Shown here: piece after piece, positions 25,998-40,000 of the stretch
Position numbering within the stretch: the stretch's first letter is position 1
How the letters are laid out: each line of letters opens with the position of its first letter
Source of the DNA: Phoronis australis
Lineage: Eukaryota; Animalia; Phoronida
DNA: 64,000 nt
Reading direction: 5' to 3'
Assembly (NCBI GenBank): GCA_002633005.1
Contig: NMRA01000057.1
Span: 240,836 to 304,835 of the forward strand
Notes under the pieces: model-generated
Databases searched by the model: none
What the model saw: only the letters and a program-made list of their open reading frames with translations
What the model was told of the DNA's origin: nothing
Position numbers and translations under genes: made by a program

Positions 25998-28900
25998 ACC
26001 TTGGCAGTCTGCTCAGGGTTGAGCCCCTCTGTCGCGTTCACGATAAAGTGATGCCAAGTAAGGAGACACCACCCGATCGTCACGCTCTGCCTGAACAGAA
26101 TCTGAATTCACTAAGCCAACCGAAGGAATTTTCTCAGCACGCTCAACCCTCTGGATGACAACTCCACTAAAATGCACATTTCTATGATGGTGCAGAGGAA
26201 ACTCTCACCACCGTACCGTCAAAATATCTTTGTTTGGAAAATTAGAAAGCATACAACAATTAGACTTCATAAAATCCAAACCCAGAATAACTGGAAAATC
26301 GATCTCAGCAACAACTGAACTATTTGACTAAAATATAAATCTCCAATACTAAAACTAATTTCTATCCCTCCATGATATCTGATCACGTTACGAGCTATCG
26401 TGAAAAATATTGCGGAAATGGCGGGGGCGCAAATCTCGCGAGCCCAAATCATTCAACTGTTCGAACATGCAGATATATAATAGTCCGAGCCGATCCACCA
26501 TCATACAGTGCTTCAAATCCCTTGCTTAAAATATTTACGTTGGCAAACAGACAACTTGCTAGTTGCCGACTGAACCCCCGGTCTCGCTGGGATTCATCAG
26601 CCGAATAGCGACCCCGCTGGCTGGTTGATTTAAGCCATCTGGGACGACTGTTGTTGTTGTTGGTGTTGTCGAACTCGACACTCTAGGCTTCGCATGAAAA
26701 ACAAGTTAAGTCCTTTTTACGTAAAACCCCTAACTCGGCACGCAAGTCTCAGACCTTTCTTACTTCATGCAGCCTCCTCTGTGCTGACTGATCCTGACCT
26801 TACATTTGTTCCAAACACATTTTACATTTAGCTTTGTGGAATCTTATTATAAAAAGTTTTCATAGTCATCTGGCAAGAATTATCTCCTCAAAGGGTACAA
26901 GTACTCCAGTGAAAGTTACATAACTTCATCAAGAAGTGAACGACTTTAACAGGCTGCATAAACATTCTTCAGTTGCTGTTGAGCTGTCAGCTGGTCAGGC
27001 ATAGTAACTCCACATCTATTTCATTGGATTTTTTGTTTCCCAAGAAGAATTCAAAGATAACAATGAGTCGGGTAAGACTACTGGCTTAATTATGGTTAAA
27101 CCATTTAGCAGTGTCAGTTTTATTTGTAAATTCTTTAGATTATTTCGTCAGTCATCGATTCAATTGTTTGGGACATGGATTGAACATGGTGTTTCACTGA
27201 CTTACTCGTGTTTTCAACCAGTCCACAGTGGTCTCTTGTTGTTCTTCATATCTGGATAGCTTAAAAACCGTAAACTAAGACATTAATATTATTTAACACC
27301 TGAAGCAAAAGGTGGGTCATTTTTCTTCAATTTCAATCTCTTGCTTGATTGCCCTGGAAACACTGGAACTTGGACATATTTGATAGTGATGTTGTCACTG
27401 GCCCTGACCAAAGTTATTCTAGTTAAAAAATAACATGGCCATCAAGAAGTGTAGTCGCTGTTATGAGCCAAATGCACATTCTAATATGCTGATAAAAATA
27501 AATTGACAGAGTAATATTACACTGGATAAGTCTTTTCATTTCTTGCAAAACCATAAGTATGGTATCATTCATTCACAATAGGGCATCTGAAGTTAGCTAA
27601 AAACATGCAACTGTCCACAATTGATTTACTGAGCCAATATTGTTCAAGGAAATTGAAGCGTATACACAAGTGATTAACTGTCCTTGATATGCCTAATGAC
27701 TCCCCTCATGTATTCTCAAACTGGCTATTTGTTACATTTTTCTTGTTTCCTCTGAAAGTGGAGTGATTTTCAGTTTTGAACCCTTATCACTGAGTATCTT
27801 ATTAATTAATTAAATATATTTTACCAGCCATTACATTGCCCCTTGTTCTAGTAAGTCAGTTTAGTGTAGCTACATCTGATATTGAGCTGTCTACAGTGAT
27901 TATACAAATGTCATTGAGCCACGCGAAGCTATATTCAACTAGGGTTTTAAAGACTGTGAAGAACATTTTGAGTTTGTCACCACTCACCAGTGAGTTTGGC
28001 TGTAGATTTGCCCAGGTCAATATTTTCCTACTTTCTGTTGCTACTGAGCAATTGAAACGTTCTGACAAATTTTGCTCCAGCAACATAAAGCTACAGAAAA
28101 ACGAAAAGTTCATCAAAGGGACTATAATTAATACACCCATGTCTGCCAACTATGCTAATATACCCCGGTATAACTTCCAATGTGGTTACATACTATTCAT
28201 ATATAATCAATCGTGTACTACGAGAATATCTACGTGGTTGACATGAAATTGAACTTTTCAGATTCAAAACGGTTTTTTTAGTGTGTAAGAATTATGAAAA
28301 TCAGGGGTTACACCAGTGTTTGCATCCGATTGCATGACTGCTTGTTTTACTGAGAAATGATTCATTCATGAACTTGAGAGGATATGTGTGTCACCTGCAG
28401 TTTTCTGTAATATAATACAAATCTGTATGACTGTCTTCAGTCCAGCCTGACAACTCGAGCAGTCTCTGTGAATTAAGTCTCGGTTTTTGAGACTGAGTTT
28501 GTAGAACATTCAAAGTTTGTCATTTTCTTTAAATTCTAAAAATTTTTATTTAAAATAAAGTTTTACTTTGGAGAAGTTCAAAGTGCTACTAGGAACTGAT
28601 GTGCTTGAAAGTTACTAGCTATTCAAGCATCACGGCCACTGGTGATACACTAAAGAGTAAAGTCGACTGTAGAGAAGATATCAGATTGTGTCATAATTTA
28701 CTTGCAAAGTTGGCCCATTGTATCTGCAAATCTTCACTAGCCACTTTCTTATAAATTCTTAGTCAGTAAGATATTGATGAAATGACATTACTTTGTTTCT
28801 TTGGTTATTTGTGCAGCAAGAGACACAGCAGTGTGTTTATGTAGAGATTCACTGTAAACAGACAGCTTCCTGTAGACTGGTCATGGGATTGGAAAGTGAG

Positions 28901-29727
28901 CATAAATTTTGAGAAAGGCCGCGGTCGTTTTGGAATCAAACATAATGAATGGTTGTTTTTCTTTTCTTTAGATTAGACTCTGAGACTAGGATGAAGAGAA
29001 TGTCCAGCTGGACGTAATTCATCAACTCTCGGACTGCGGTCGTTAGAAAGGGATTGTTCGGGGAATGTTTCCCGACATAATTATTTAATTAAGTTGTGAT
29101 GGTTAGTTAGCGCTGGGGGTCACGGCATTTTCAATGGGCGAGAGCACTGAAGTATCAGAATGATCTAACAGGAGTTAAATATTGCGCAACTCTTTCCACG
29201 AAAGTGGCCATTGCATAAATCAGAACAAAACATCCCTGGACCACAAGTAACCTGAGGAAATAATCAGAGTACGTTACGGCCTGTACTATCATGGGTCTTA
29301 GGACTAATAGTACCTATCTAATGAGTGCCCAAATCGCAAAGAAAAATACTGGAATACAATTAAAGCAGCTAGGAACCGGTATCATGCGGAAGCTACCGAC
29401 CAATGAATTACTGAACAAGCTACAGAAACTCAGCGTACCCACGGAATACCCGAAAAAATGAAGGATATAACTCTAAAACAACAGCAGGTGTTAATTGAGA
29501 GGTAAGCAACTAAAGTAGAACGACAGAACGGCTTCCACGATCGATGGTGCCCGTACATGTCGGTGAGTGATAGGACCGTGGCCAGTCATAATCCGGCGTC
29601 TTGGTCAAGACAAGAAAAGGTTTCTGTTCCGTTCCTGATACTAGGATGCGAACATAAGATTGGAGACAAGAAAGCTCTGGTAGAATGTTAGTACCGAGTA
29701 GAAAAAAGTTACCACCACAAGTTCATC

Positions 29728-29745
29728 TGCTGGCCAGCGGCACCA
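29728..29745 (-). other. Primer binding site (tRNA 3' end complement, TGGTGCCG...)
   Basis: TGG start 2 nt inside the 5' LTR boundary. Confidence 0.65.
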
Positions 29746-29747
29746 AA

Positions 29748-30330
29748 TGTAACGGGAATCGGTGCAGCGACCGGCACAGTGGTCTGCTACCTCGACTGCT
29801 CGTAGCCGATAAAAATATTTGCTGCGTTGTGTTCATGTTCACTCGTTCGAATCGCATACGAGAGAACCATGGTGACAACTTATAGAGAGTGAAACAAGAG
29901 AGAAGTAGTGAGTTTATTGTGCTCTAAATATGAAATACAATTATACCAACTTACAACTCATCATTAGCTTCCGTCGTCATCTCTGCTTTGACAAACAACC
30001 CTAAGAATATATTAGCCAAAAAGTATGCCGAAAAATGTAAACGTTCGAACAGCAAGACCCAAAAAGGTTGCTAGTTTGGTTAGGATTCCTTGCGGATAGA
30101 ATCGAGACCCGGCAGAATCCCAAGATTGGGTGTTGAGGGGCCCATTTTTATGGGCAGATTCACACCGCGAATGTACCAAATTGCGCTAAAATAGGGGTCT
30201 CAAGTTAACTGTAACAACCAATCAAAAAGTAAAAGTGAAAATTTCGTCATCGGAAGTACCAAATAAGGGTACTGACCATCATACACCCCTTTAAAATACA
30301 ATAGACCACTCTAGCTTTTGAAATTAAACA
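29748..30330 (-). repeat. Gypsy 5' LTR
   Basis: Direct repeat of 22191-22750; TG...CA ends. Confidence 0.85.
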
Positions 30331-32072
30331 TCCAATGATATTAAAAGTTTATTGCTTGGTTCCGAATCATTCATGGATTCCGCCGGACGGTGGCCAAGGC
30401 CTTTGAAGTTTCTGCCCCCAGTGCATTGAATGAACCGTGAATGTGAGTCGGTGTCCCGTGTATATGGGTGAATGGATCGTGTTTTGCGAGTCCGTGTTTG
30501 TGAGTCAGTGAACGGTGTGGGTGAGTGGTATTCATGCGTCCGTGACCGTGTTTACGAGTCCGTTAATCGTGACGTGTAGTTTAGTTACCAAGCTTGAGTT
30601 ATAGTTTATAATTCCTGGACTTCGTAATAGGTTTAGCTAGGCTCAGTTTCAGTCGCAATCTCCGTTGTCAGGAGTATTACAGGCGATTTATTGCAACGGT
30701 CTGCGTACCAATCTCGAAGCGCCAGTCCCGCAGATCGCCACCAAATCTCCCCCCAACCTCTCGCCACCAAATATCCCGGCCCCCGTCAGTCATCGCGCTA
30801 AATTCTCTCGTTTTCCCCCGGTCACGGTTGCCACGGCAATTCCGGTCCCCTTCCCCCGTCACACCTCTATTGCCTCACGCCACCGACGGCCGGCGTTCAT
30901 TTCACGAATTTGGACTAATAATTAAGTTTCCCATTTTATGATCCATGAATACAGGAACACATTTTAACCGGTGACCTCAAGTTCAAATCACTATTCACAG
31001 GATTCTTGATCTTGCGCCCATGAAATATTAGAACATGCATGTTTTAATATTTTTCATTGACCAGTTCACTGAAATACGCAAGAACAACTTACAGCGTTGC
31101 CGGGATTTCTTTGCCTCAGTATTACAACGGTTTACTAACGTAGACTAAACAAAAAATACGTAAAACGCCTGAGAATTTCCGAAAATAAACCTAGGTCGGA
31201 TAATGGGAAAATAAACTTTCAAAAACATTAAGTGAAACCGAATATACGCAAAGCCGTGTTATTGGTGGGGGAGGAGGGCGGCGTATTCTCGGAAAATGTT
31301 TGAAATCAACGTCTTTTTAATGTATGTAGTTGTTCAACACACAGAGCCGCTTAAAACTGCTGTGCTATACCGCCACGGGTTAGTTACAAACAAAATCATC
31401 CAATATATCGTTAATTATTGACGGCCGTCATCTGAGTGAAATCGTAATCCCAGTAAATAAACACATTTTTGTATACTATTTTAACCCGGAACAACACGGT
31501 TGCCTAAAATACGCTATGGGCTTCATTGGAAAATAACCGGGATTAAGAAAATGTGATGGGCGGGCCCTCCCTTTGTGAATTTACCCGTGAATTTACAGAG
31601 TTACAGTTTTGCGCCACTTTCTTAATTGACTCTTCTTTTTTATAGGGGTGTTTCATTACGTCACTCATGTTTTAGACTCGTCCTCACGTGCATTCTTTTG
31701 GTCTATAAAAAGCCGCACACCAGTAATTTTAGGGTCTGTCTGGGGTTTCAAACCCGCTCCAGTCCGATATTTCGACAATATGAGTGACATGTCGTAAGTC
31801 TCCTATAGTTTCTACTAAAAGTCTTAGAGTTGTTCAATAGTTTTCGATAAATTCTTTTACGTAACCACTGTTTGTAATGTTAGACATCAATAAATTAGAA
31901 TCTATTTTTAATCAATTCAACTCTCCTTTTATTCCCGCTTTTTCAACACTCGAACTTCAGGTCGACACCGACGGTCATTCACCACACATAAAACACAACG
32001 CTGCATATAACACCACCGCTATGAACCGGTGTTGGAGAGAGAGAGAGGGGCATGGGAGGGAGGGGGGAGAGG

Positions 32073-32567
32073 NNNNNNNNNNNNNNNNNNNNNNNNNNNN
32101 NNNNNNNNNNNNNNNNNNNNNNNNNNNNNNNNNNNNNNNNNNNNNNNNNNNNNNNNNNNNNNNNNNNNNNNNNNNNNNNNNNNNNNNNNNNNNNNNNNNN
32201 NNNNNNNNNNNNNNNNNNNNNNNNNNNNNNNNNNNNNNNNNNNNNNNNNNNNNNNNNNNNNNNNNNNNNNNNNNNNNNNNNNNNNNNNNNNNNNNNNNNN
32301 NNNNNNNNNNNNNNNNNNNNNNNNNNNNNNNNNNNNNNNNNNNNNNNNNNNNNNNNNNNNNNNNNNNNNNNNNNNNNNNNNNNNNNNNNNNNNNNNNNNN
32401 NNNNNNNNNNNNNNNNNNNNNNNNNNNNNNNNNNNNNNNNNNNNNNNNNNNNNNNNNNNNNNNNNNNNNNNNNNNNNNNNNNNNNNNNNNNNNNNNNNNN
32501 NNNNNNNNNNNNNNNNNNNNNNNNNNNNNNNNNNNNNNNNNNNNNNNNNNNNNNNNNNNNNNNNNNN
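32073..32567. other. Assembly gap (N run)
   Basis: Ns flanked by G-rich tracts. Confidence 1.
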
Positions 32568-33855
32568 GGGGGGGATATATCGAGTGCACCAACTTGGAAC
32601 TGCAGCGTGGGGGCCCCATAGTGTTCGCGTTTTTGCGTTTTTTTAGTCCTCATCCGATAGAAATTGGGAACACAAGGTCCCCTTTCCTGTGTAAGAATTT
32701 TCTGGTTTTTGTAGCTAATTTCTTTTTCCTGGCAACGTTTTTTTTAAATTTTCATCTGACACAGAATCTCAATCATGTGGATTCAAAAATGAATATTATT
32801 CTACCATAGGCTATAGAGCTCGAGTCCCTAAGCGCCGCGGCGCAACCCGACTTCCAAAGAAAAACAACTTTTATCAGGGCGTACTGGACAACTCAATATC
32901 ATTATCATGAATTTGGTCTTAAATTGCTTCTAGCCACGATCGAAAGAGAGGTCGACACTGCTTTGGTGAGACCACCGCAGTTTCTGCGATGTTGACCCAT
33001 CCGGCCGTCTGGCTCAGTTGTTCATGTTCACCGAGCACGAGTCAAGGAATGACGAATTCGGTGCCTATTGAGATATGTAGGTCATTGTTCATTGCGATGT
33101 TAGTCAACGCGGTTATTAAAACGTCTGTGCGCGCCATATCCTTATACAGATTTCCAAGATGATGGTTTGTCGAGTATTGCTGGGTGAGCATTTTTAAGTT
33201 TTGAAATGCATGCAAAGGGTACGAATGGCACTGATTTGCTTGATTGTTCCAGTTTATTGAAAAACTGAAAGTCGCTGACCTTTTGACCCCCATACTTGCG
33301 CAGTCGTGGCTTTTCTAAAGGCTTTTCTTTAGGCACTGGAGCGGGAATTTGAAAGTTATCAACTCGCTGATAACCACTGGTAGTTTTAAATATTTAGCGG
33401 GAAATTCAGTACTCTCCAGACACTTCGGTTCCATAAAAATGCCTGATTGGCGTCTAGCTGTGAGCCTGTTACGTATGACTGTCATGAGTGGTAAAACTTG
33501 TTGATTGCAAAAGGGTTCCAGTAGGCCTGTCAACACGTGTGAGGTATAATTCGCCGAAGCATCAACTGATCAAACGAAGCCAGCACGAGTGGGAACTAAT
33601 GTCTAATGGTTGATTTTTCCTGGAGATAACTCAGCCACATACAAACTAGTGGTCTTATTAACCTATGAACAGCAACATATTTTGCATTACCATATTGGTA
33701 TATTTTGTGTTAGAAATCGTATGCACAATTGGCAAAACCACAAGACATTTAGGCCCTTCCCTGAGTCAGAGTGCTAAGTTTGAGCCCTAGGAAATTGACC
33801 AATTTCATGCATGCATTGTTTCTGTTCATTTCCAGACCAATAACTTGATGAGTCC

Positions 33856-34062
33856 ATGTCCTCCAGAAAACGCAGCGCTTCACCTTCTTCAACCAGAAGA
33901 ACAGCCAGTGATGATCATGTTGAGAGCAGTTCTCGTTCACACACAGACTCTGTACCAGAGCCGTCGACGAGTAGAGCAACCCCAACCAACCATGTGATAG
34001 GTGGTGCTTTCATGCCTGCCAGTAGTGTTGTGGTCAGACGTAATGGTGTCCCTCCAACAAAG
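33856..34062 (+). CDS. POT1: POT1 coding exon 1 (Ser/Arg-rich N-terminal extension; acceptor at 33836)
   Basis: In-frame upstream stop, ATG 33856, AAG|GTA donor in phase with next exon; start could alternatively be the second Met (MPASS). Confidence 0.7.
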
Positions 34063-37000
34063 GTACATTTTAAGTAGAGTGGCTGTTTAAATTCTTTGAA
34101 TCTGAATGTAATACACTTTTTGCAAGGTAAAGAGCATGGTGTATTTTTGTAACTGTCTTCTTTTGGTGTCCAGGTGTTAACCTGCCATGAAACAGGAGGC
34201 ATTCATCTGAGATTAGTAATATCTCACGCTGGTTGCCACTGGAGAGCTGTAGACCTTATACCAGGTTACGCAACAAGATAGTGATTTTTTCCCACTTGTC
34301 TGCTAAGTTTAGAAATCTGCTCGTGGTCTATTTGGTAGCAACATCATTGTAGAATATTTTCGAACACGTCCATGATATTGGAAAATGGAAACCCAGACTG
34401 AAGTAGTTTGATCTTTTGCCATAGTTTATATTTTTATTTCTAAAAAAAAGCTCATGTACCCAATACCAAATTGTATTTATTTCCAATGAAATGCAATAGT
34501 TTAGCTTGTCATCTATTATTATTTTCTGGCTGAGTATAAAATTCTGTTCACGTATCTTTGAAAATAGTGTCACGCAGTTGTTCTCACTTCTTGCAGGTCT
34601 GGAAAACCCAAATTATATCAATTAAATTCAACATTTAATGAATAATGCAGCACTAATTTGGTCAAGTGAAAATAGACATTTAATCTTGCTATTGAAGCAA
34701 TTAATGAACTCCATTGGGTCGTTGTGTTTAATTAGGAATGCTACAACAATAGTTTTCAATGCTGATGCTGCTTGAAGATGTAAAATGATTCACTTCGTTG
34801 TAATATGTTATGCTACAAGTGAAAGTAATCACGGAGTTTCAGTTGTTTTAAATGAATTGTGCATTGGTTATGTTTGATTAACATGGAAGGCATGATTTTG
34901 TTTTTGTGTGACATATATGGCCATGTCTTAGAACTTTTTCCCAGTATCGTTTCCCTGCTCATACAAATATTCTTGTCACAGAGTAATGATGCAAAATTGA
35001 TCTATTGGAAATTGTTAGGGATGGATCAACTACCAATAGGATTAAAGTACTGATACATTAAGGAGAATATGTTTTACCTGCAATCTTTTGAGTCTCTCCT
35101 TTTATCAGTAAGGTAATGAAAAATAGGCGGGTCATGTATCGTATAAATCTTGTACTTCGTTGCCAACATTGGTCAGTCTGTTGTAGTATCGCTGATGGGC
35201 TGTTGAGACAACACCCGTAGCATTTTGCAGTTTTTATTGGTTGTTTACCAACTTGATTTAAGTGTCTTATTAGGTAAATTACTCTTAAGTGTAAAACAGA
35301 TGTCTTTAGCTCATCTTGTTATGGAACTGTGACGTGTTTTGTGAAGCGGTGTGTCTTTGCATTACTACCCGCCTTGTGTATTTCAGAAGCCAACACCGAG
35401 AAGCTATTCTTATGTGACTATTGATAAAGTAAAGGAGGGAGACATCATTAATGTCTGGGGTGTTGTGAAGTACTTCCAGGGTCCACAGCCGACCAGGGGC
35501 ACCGGTAAGGGATGGATGTGGTTAGGGTGATCCTTTTATTGGAAAACAAATTACTGTTTTTGATACATTTGCTTGTAATGAAAATACCTCAGTCGTTAAT
35601 TTGGAAAAAAAAATCAGCACCAGTCAACTATTTCATTTGCCCTCTGCACCTAAGCATGCAACAAAAGAAAAGTGACCTTAACGGTGAGGCCACTGCATCA
35701 ATCACAATTCGACAAATATACAATCATCAGAAATTTTTTAGAGTAAAATGGGGAAAACATGATTTTTTGTCATCCTGTTGCCTAACGATGCTGTTAAACT
35801 GTAGTTATCTCCCATGATTAGGTCAGGAATGAGCAACTTACCAACTCACTGATTGGTACATTTGATAGTGAGTGCATTATGTTGAATCTTGAACTTTATT
35901 TCGAAATTTTCTTTAAAATTTATTTGTGCCCCTTGTTCATAAAGATTTGTTTGATCACCAGTGATTGTCCATTTGTCGGGTCGTTGCATGGTTAGCCAAT
36001 CATATTGTCAGCATTTCTCTCTAAAGTAGGGAACCAGTTCTCGTGTGCCATATGGAAAAATAGGTCATTCACACACACTATTGATTGACATGGAAAAGTA
36101 GCTCACTCAAACATTATCGCATCAATCTTCCTTATCTGTTTTGTAACGTCTTTATAATTTAGTTGACACCGAATTGAAAGTCTGGTTCTTTTGAACGTGT
36201 GGCGAAAGGAAGTCTGTGGTCTTGGTTAAGTGTCAGTTTCAGTATTGGAACTGCAGATGTTGCTTTTAGAATATGATGCCAGTGGTTCAGATGCAACAGC
36301 ATATTCCACAACTTAAAATTATTCAGATCTAAATTAATTACTTTGAAAACCCGCGTTTTCTGTGTTGAAGATGAGGTGAAAAAACGTAACACGAATGGGC
36401 ATTAGACCAACGCTGGGTGTTTAAAGCTAATCTTTGAAGTTGAGGGCTGATGCTTACGGGAACCTTGGCGTTCAACTAAATGTTTGATAATGACAATTTT
36501 GACCAAAAAAATATTTTTATAGTCTCCATCCCGTCCATCTGTTGAGCATCGTATCCTTTGCTTGTCCTTGGATTTTTTTAATTGAAATACACTCAAAGGA
36601 TCATTATGAAATCTGGCACTGAGTTCCGATGTGTCAACTTCATCTTTGGATTTACATGATACTAATAAACACTCCTTTAAGCTTGTGTGAAGTCTTCCTG
36701 TCCTATTTAAAAATACTACTAAACATGTATGATCAAGCGATTTCCTCAAGACAAGTTATGCATCCATCGAATAGATAGATGAGGAGGCTTTGATAAGGAG
36801 GTAGATTTCTGCTTAAGGTTGAGGAATTTTGATTTCCATGCCTGGCTAGTTGTGCATGTTACATGACCTGGCATTCACAAGGTCGCCCTCTATTGTGAAA
36901 TTCTAAATATTCTCTGCTAGCATAATGTATTGCCAAGGAAGTTTGAAGCAGTGCCGAAAACGTGTGCAGTTGGTAACTGATGAAAATAACATATGGTTTG

Positions 37001-40000
37001 CCATTCGGTGTATTTTTGCAGACCACCGTATGATGGTGTCAATTGCCGACCATACATGTGACTTTCAGCGACCCAAGCTCAAGTGTATGATGTTCTTCCG
37101 TGATGTGTCCACTGCACCCAAAGTGAAGTGTGTGGGAGATATCATACGTCTACACAGAGTCAAAGTGAGTTAGACTGGGTGACCTATTAGCTGTGCCCAT
37201 AAAGTGATCTTTCTAGTGTTGTTTTGACTTATACAAGTCACTTTGGAACAAAGTTTAGTGTTATTTGCAAAATTTTATGTCAAGTCATTTTCACCCTTTA
37301 GTTACAGCAGGAAGAGATAACCAGGAAGGGACAACTAGCTAAACCGCCGNCGTTTTCGTGACGTCGATCATATTTGCTGACGGGAGAGAAAGGGTTACAT
37401 TTTCTCCGTCCTCAATAGAAATATCCCCTAAGTCACTGATTTTTATCCATTTAAGGTATTGATTATGTTTGAGTGTACAGCTTGGCACTTCTTTAAAAAT
37501 CTAAATTTGAATGTATTTGTTTGGTTTTTAGAAAAAAAAATTAGCCTGGGATTTCTCTTCCCTGACTGTTTCAAAGATGAGTCTGCCGTAGATCAGAAAC
37601 AACTTTGTTTCCTTAATATACAGTGCATTGATGCGAGGTCCAACATGCTGTAGTCCAGGTGTACAGTCAATCATGAACGTATGAATCTGTTCTTGTGATG
37701 AGTGATGGTTTTCTTGTTTTGGTAGGTTTGTTTGTTCCGCGGTGAGCTCCAGGGCAATGTGTCTCCTGGTTTTTCATCTCTAGTGTTTGACGGTCAGGTG
37801 GATGGCTCGCTGGAACCACGAACATCGGCCAATACTTACGTCTACACGGATGAGGATAGGGCTACGGTTGGTGTGGTCACTGTATTTTGTCTGAATACTT
37901 TTTTCATGTGCTGTACAGGGCTTGGAATTTTCCGCGGAAACACGGATTTCTGTTTTTTTCAAATGTTCTTTCCGCGTATTTTATTATATTTCCGCGTAAA
38001 AAAATGTGATTACATATAAAATTTCCGCGGCAAATTTCTTTCTTGCCGCCGCGTTGCCGACGACTTTCACCTCGAAAAGCGGAAGTTGCTCTTTATGTTT
38101 CGGAGGAACGTAAATTGTCAACATTGCCGTGGCATCTGGGAAAAGCGTGGTGGATTTCCTCAATGGCTGCTCGTATGATTGTAAACCGCGGTGTCAAATA
38201 CTACGACTATGGAGCCAAAAATATTTGGAGGCGGGAGTGGCGGACGAGCTAAGACAGATGCAGACGCATGCTTCCGGAGGTGGTATCGTTTTCTTTTTTT
38301 TCTTTTTTTTAGTCCTCCCGATTTCTGTCTGCAAAAGGTCCACACCGACTTTTTCAAGGCCGGCTGCGCGCATGTTTTGGGCCGTAAAAATTTCCGCGTT
38401 TTTCGCCATTTGTCATTCCAAGCCCTGGCTGTACTCGTACTTCTGTGCTTTTTTTAGCTCCCTGGGAAACGATTGTTGCATGCCTGTGAAATGTTTTGTT
38501 CTCCGCCCATTCTATGCTTGTCTGTTGAAGTGCATACATTTGGTTTATAAAAAAATTGAATATTCTCGTTGGTACAAAACCTTCAATGAGTTGTATTCTT
38601 TTTGATAATTTGAAGAAAAGTAAACTCTCATGAAACTACCACATTGACACAAGTGACAATGTTAGGAATACCCCCAGGTTGTAAAATCTTACTTCATACG
38701 AAATTTTCATCTGTCCCCAGTTGAAGAAGTTGCGAGAATGGAATGCATCTCGCGTTCGTGATGCCGACGACAAAGTGCCTCTTGGCATTATGCAGCTGAA
38801 ACACGCTTACGACGATTGCTACTTTGATTTAGTCTGTCAGGTGAGCGCTTTGGTTTGTTTTATGAAAAGTTGCTTTAGACTTGAAGATGCTATGTCTCTT
38901 AAATTGTGAATACGCAAATGAAGTACTAGTTGACAAACAACCCGGGGTCTTCCGGCATGCCAGAACCCATCAGAAAACCAGTTACCATTACAATCTCACG
39001 GAAGTCTCATTTTGCGAGATTATTTTTTGTAAATGAGTATGGTGATACGGCATTGTTACCCCAATGAAACAAGGGCAGTTTTTATTATTTGTTCATTTCA
39101 CTATCAAATAACGCTTGTGTATTATTTGAAATTATAGGGTTTTCCATGTGTTCAGACCTGTTTGTAAGTGTATCAGTTTTAGTGTTTTCTTTAAAACCGC
39201 AGTTTATTTTCATAGTTTCTTTTCCTGATTCTACTTGCACGCACAGTTCTCCAGGAAGTCACAAGGTGGCACTTGCTACAAATTTGAGTTTTTTTAGTTT
39301 TAGTGAGACATGGCATCTTTAAGTTAGAATTTTAGTTAATTTGTGCTCTGCACAATTGTTTGTGAAAAATAAATTATTCTCACTGGAGCAAAAGTTCAAA
39401 GTCTCTGAGAATATGCCCATAAATGGTAGTGTGTGGAAAAATTTGTACTTCCAAGCTGTAATGTGCTTATATTTTCATGCGATTGTGAAGTAATTGTAAG
39501 TCAAAATTTCGCATTAAGTCTATATTTGGTTTTTCGTGAAAAGCACTTCTTGTGAGTACATTTTAATAAAACTGGTTTAACATCGAACATTTAACTGAAG
39601 AATCCACTTCGTTACTGAGCTTAGATTAGAGATTTGGTCTATTAGTTAGCTTGACCCACGCATTGTTGCAATTCCGCTAGAACACAAAATCGCCATACAC
39701 TAGTGGCAGGCTCACGAGACTGGTCATTGACTGGTGTCTGAACTGTGAACTACTTTATGTTCAGCTTTTATTGCTTGGATGTAAGTAAATTAATGCACGC
39801 CAACGTTGGCTCAGTAGTAAAGGTCATCAGATTGTTGCAAGTGGGTGTGTCCTGCTTGGACCTATGGTCTTTTGATTTTGCGACTTTTTTCGGAGACTTA
39901 GAAGATGGGGGCTATACATTCGAAGTACTTAATTCGCAGCATAAATTCTCTAGTAGCATTTTCTTCATGTGGTTGCACTCCTGGATTAATCCCCCATCAT

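Larger units (their letters stand above)
22191..30330 (-). mobile_element. Decayed Ty3/Gypsy LTR retrotransposon
   Basis: Direct repeats 22191-22750 and 29748-30330 (TGTAACGGGAATCGGT...AAACA), PBS-like TGGTGCCG next to right LTR, broken RT/RNase H on minus strand; no TSD found. Confidence 0.85.

Noticed and set aside
27836-28246. 136-aa plus-strand ORF as a gene
   Set aside because: Non-ATG start, no motifs, no splice support
22181-30340. Target-site duplication for the large Gypsy element
   Set aside because: Flanks TCATA and TCCAA do not match and no PPT follows 22750, so the outer LTR end is probably truncated
31877-32809. Long ORFs in ORF track
   Set aside because: Artefacts of the N gap
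33024-33545. Extra upstream coding exons of POT1 or a separate minus-strand gene
   Set aside because: In-frame stop precedes ATG 33856; a possible 5'UTR exon at 33150-33183 cannot be confirmed and minus-strand ORFs show no recognisable motif
38043-38605. Overlapping ORFs (also 16494-16896) as genes
   Set aside because: Lie within the two copies of a non-coding MITE; frames not preserved between copies
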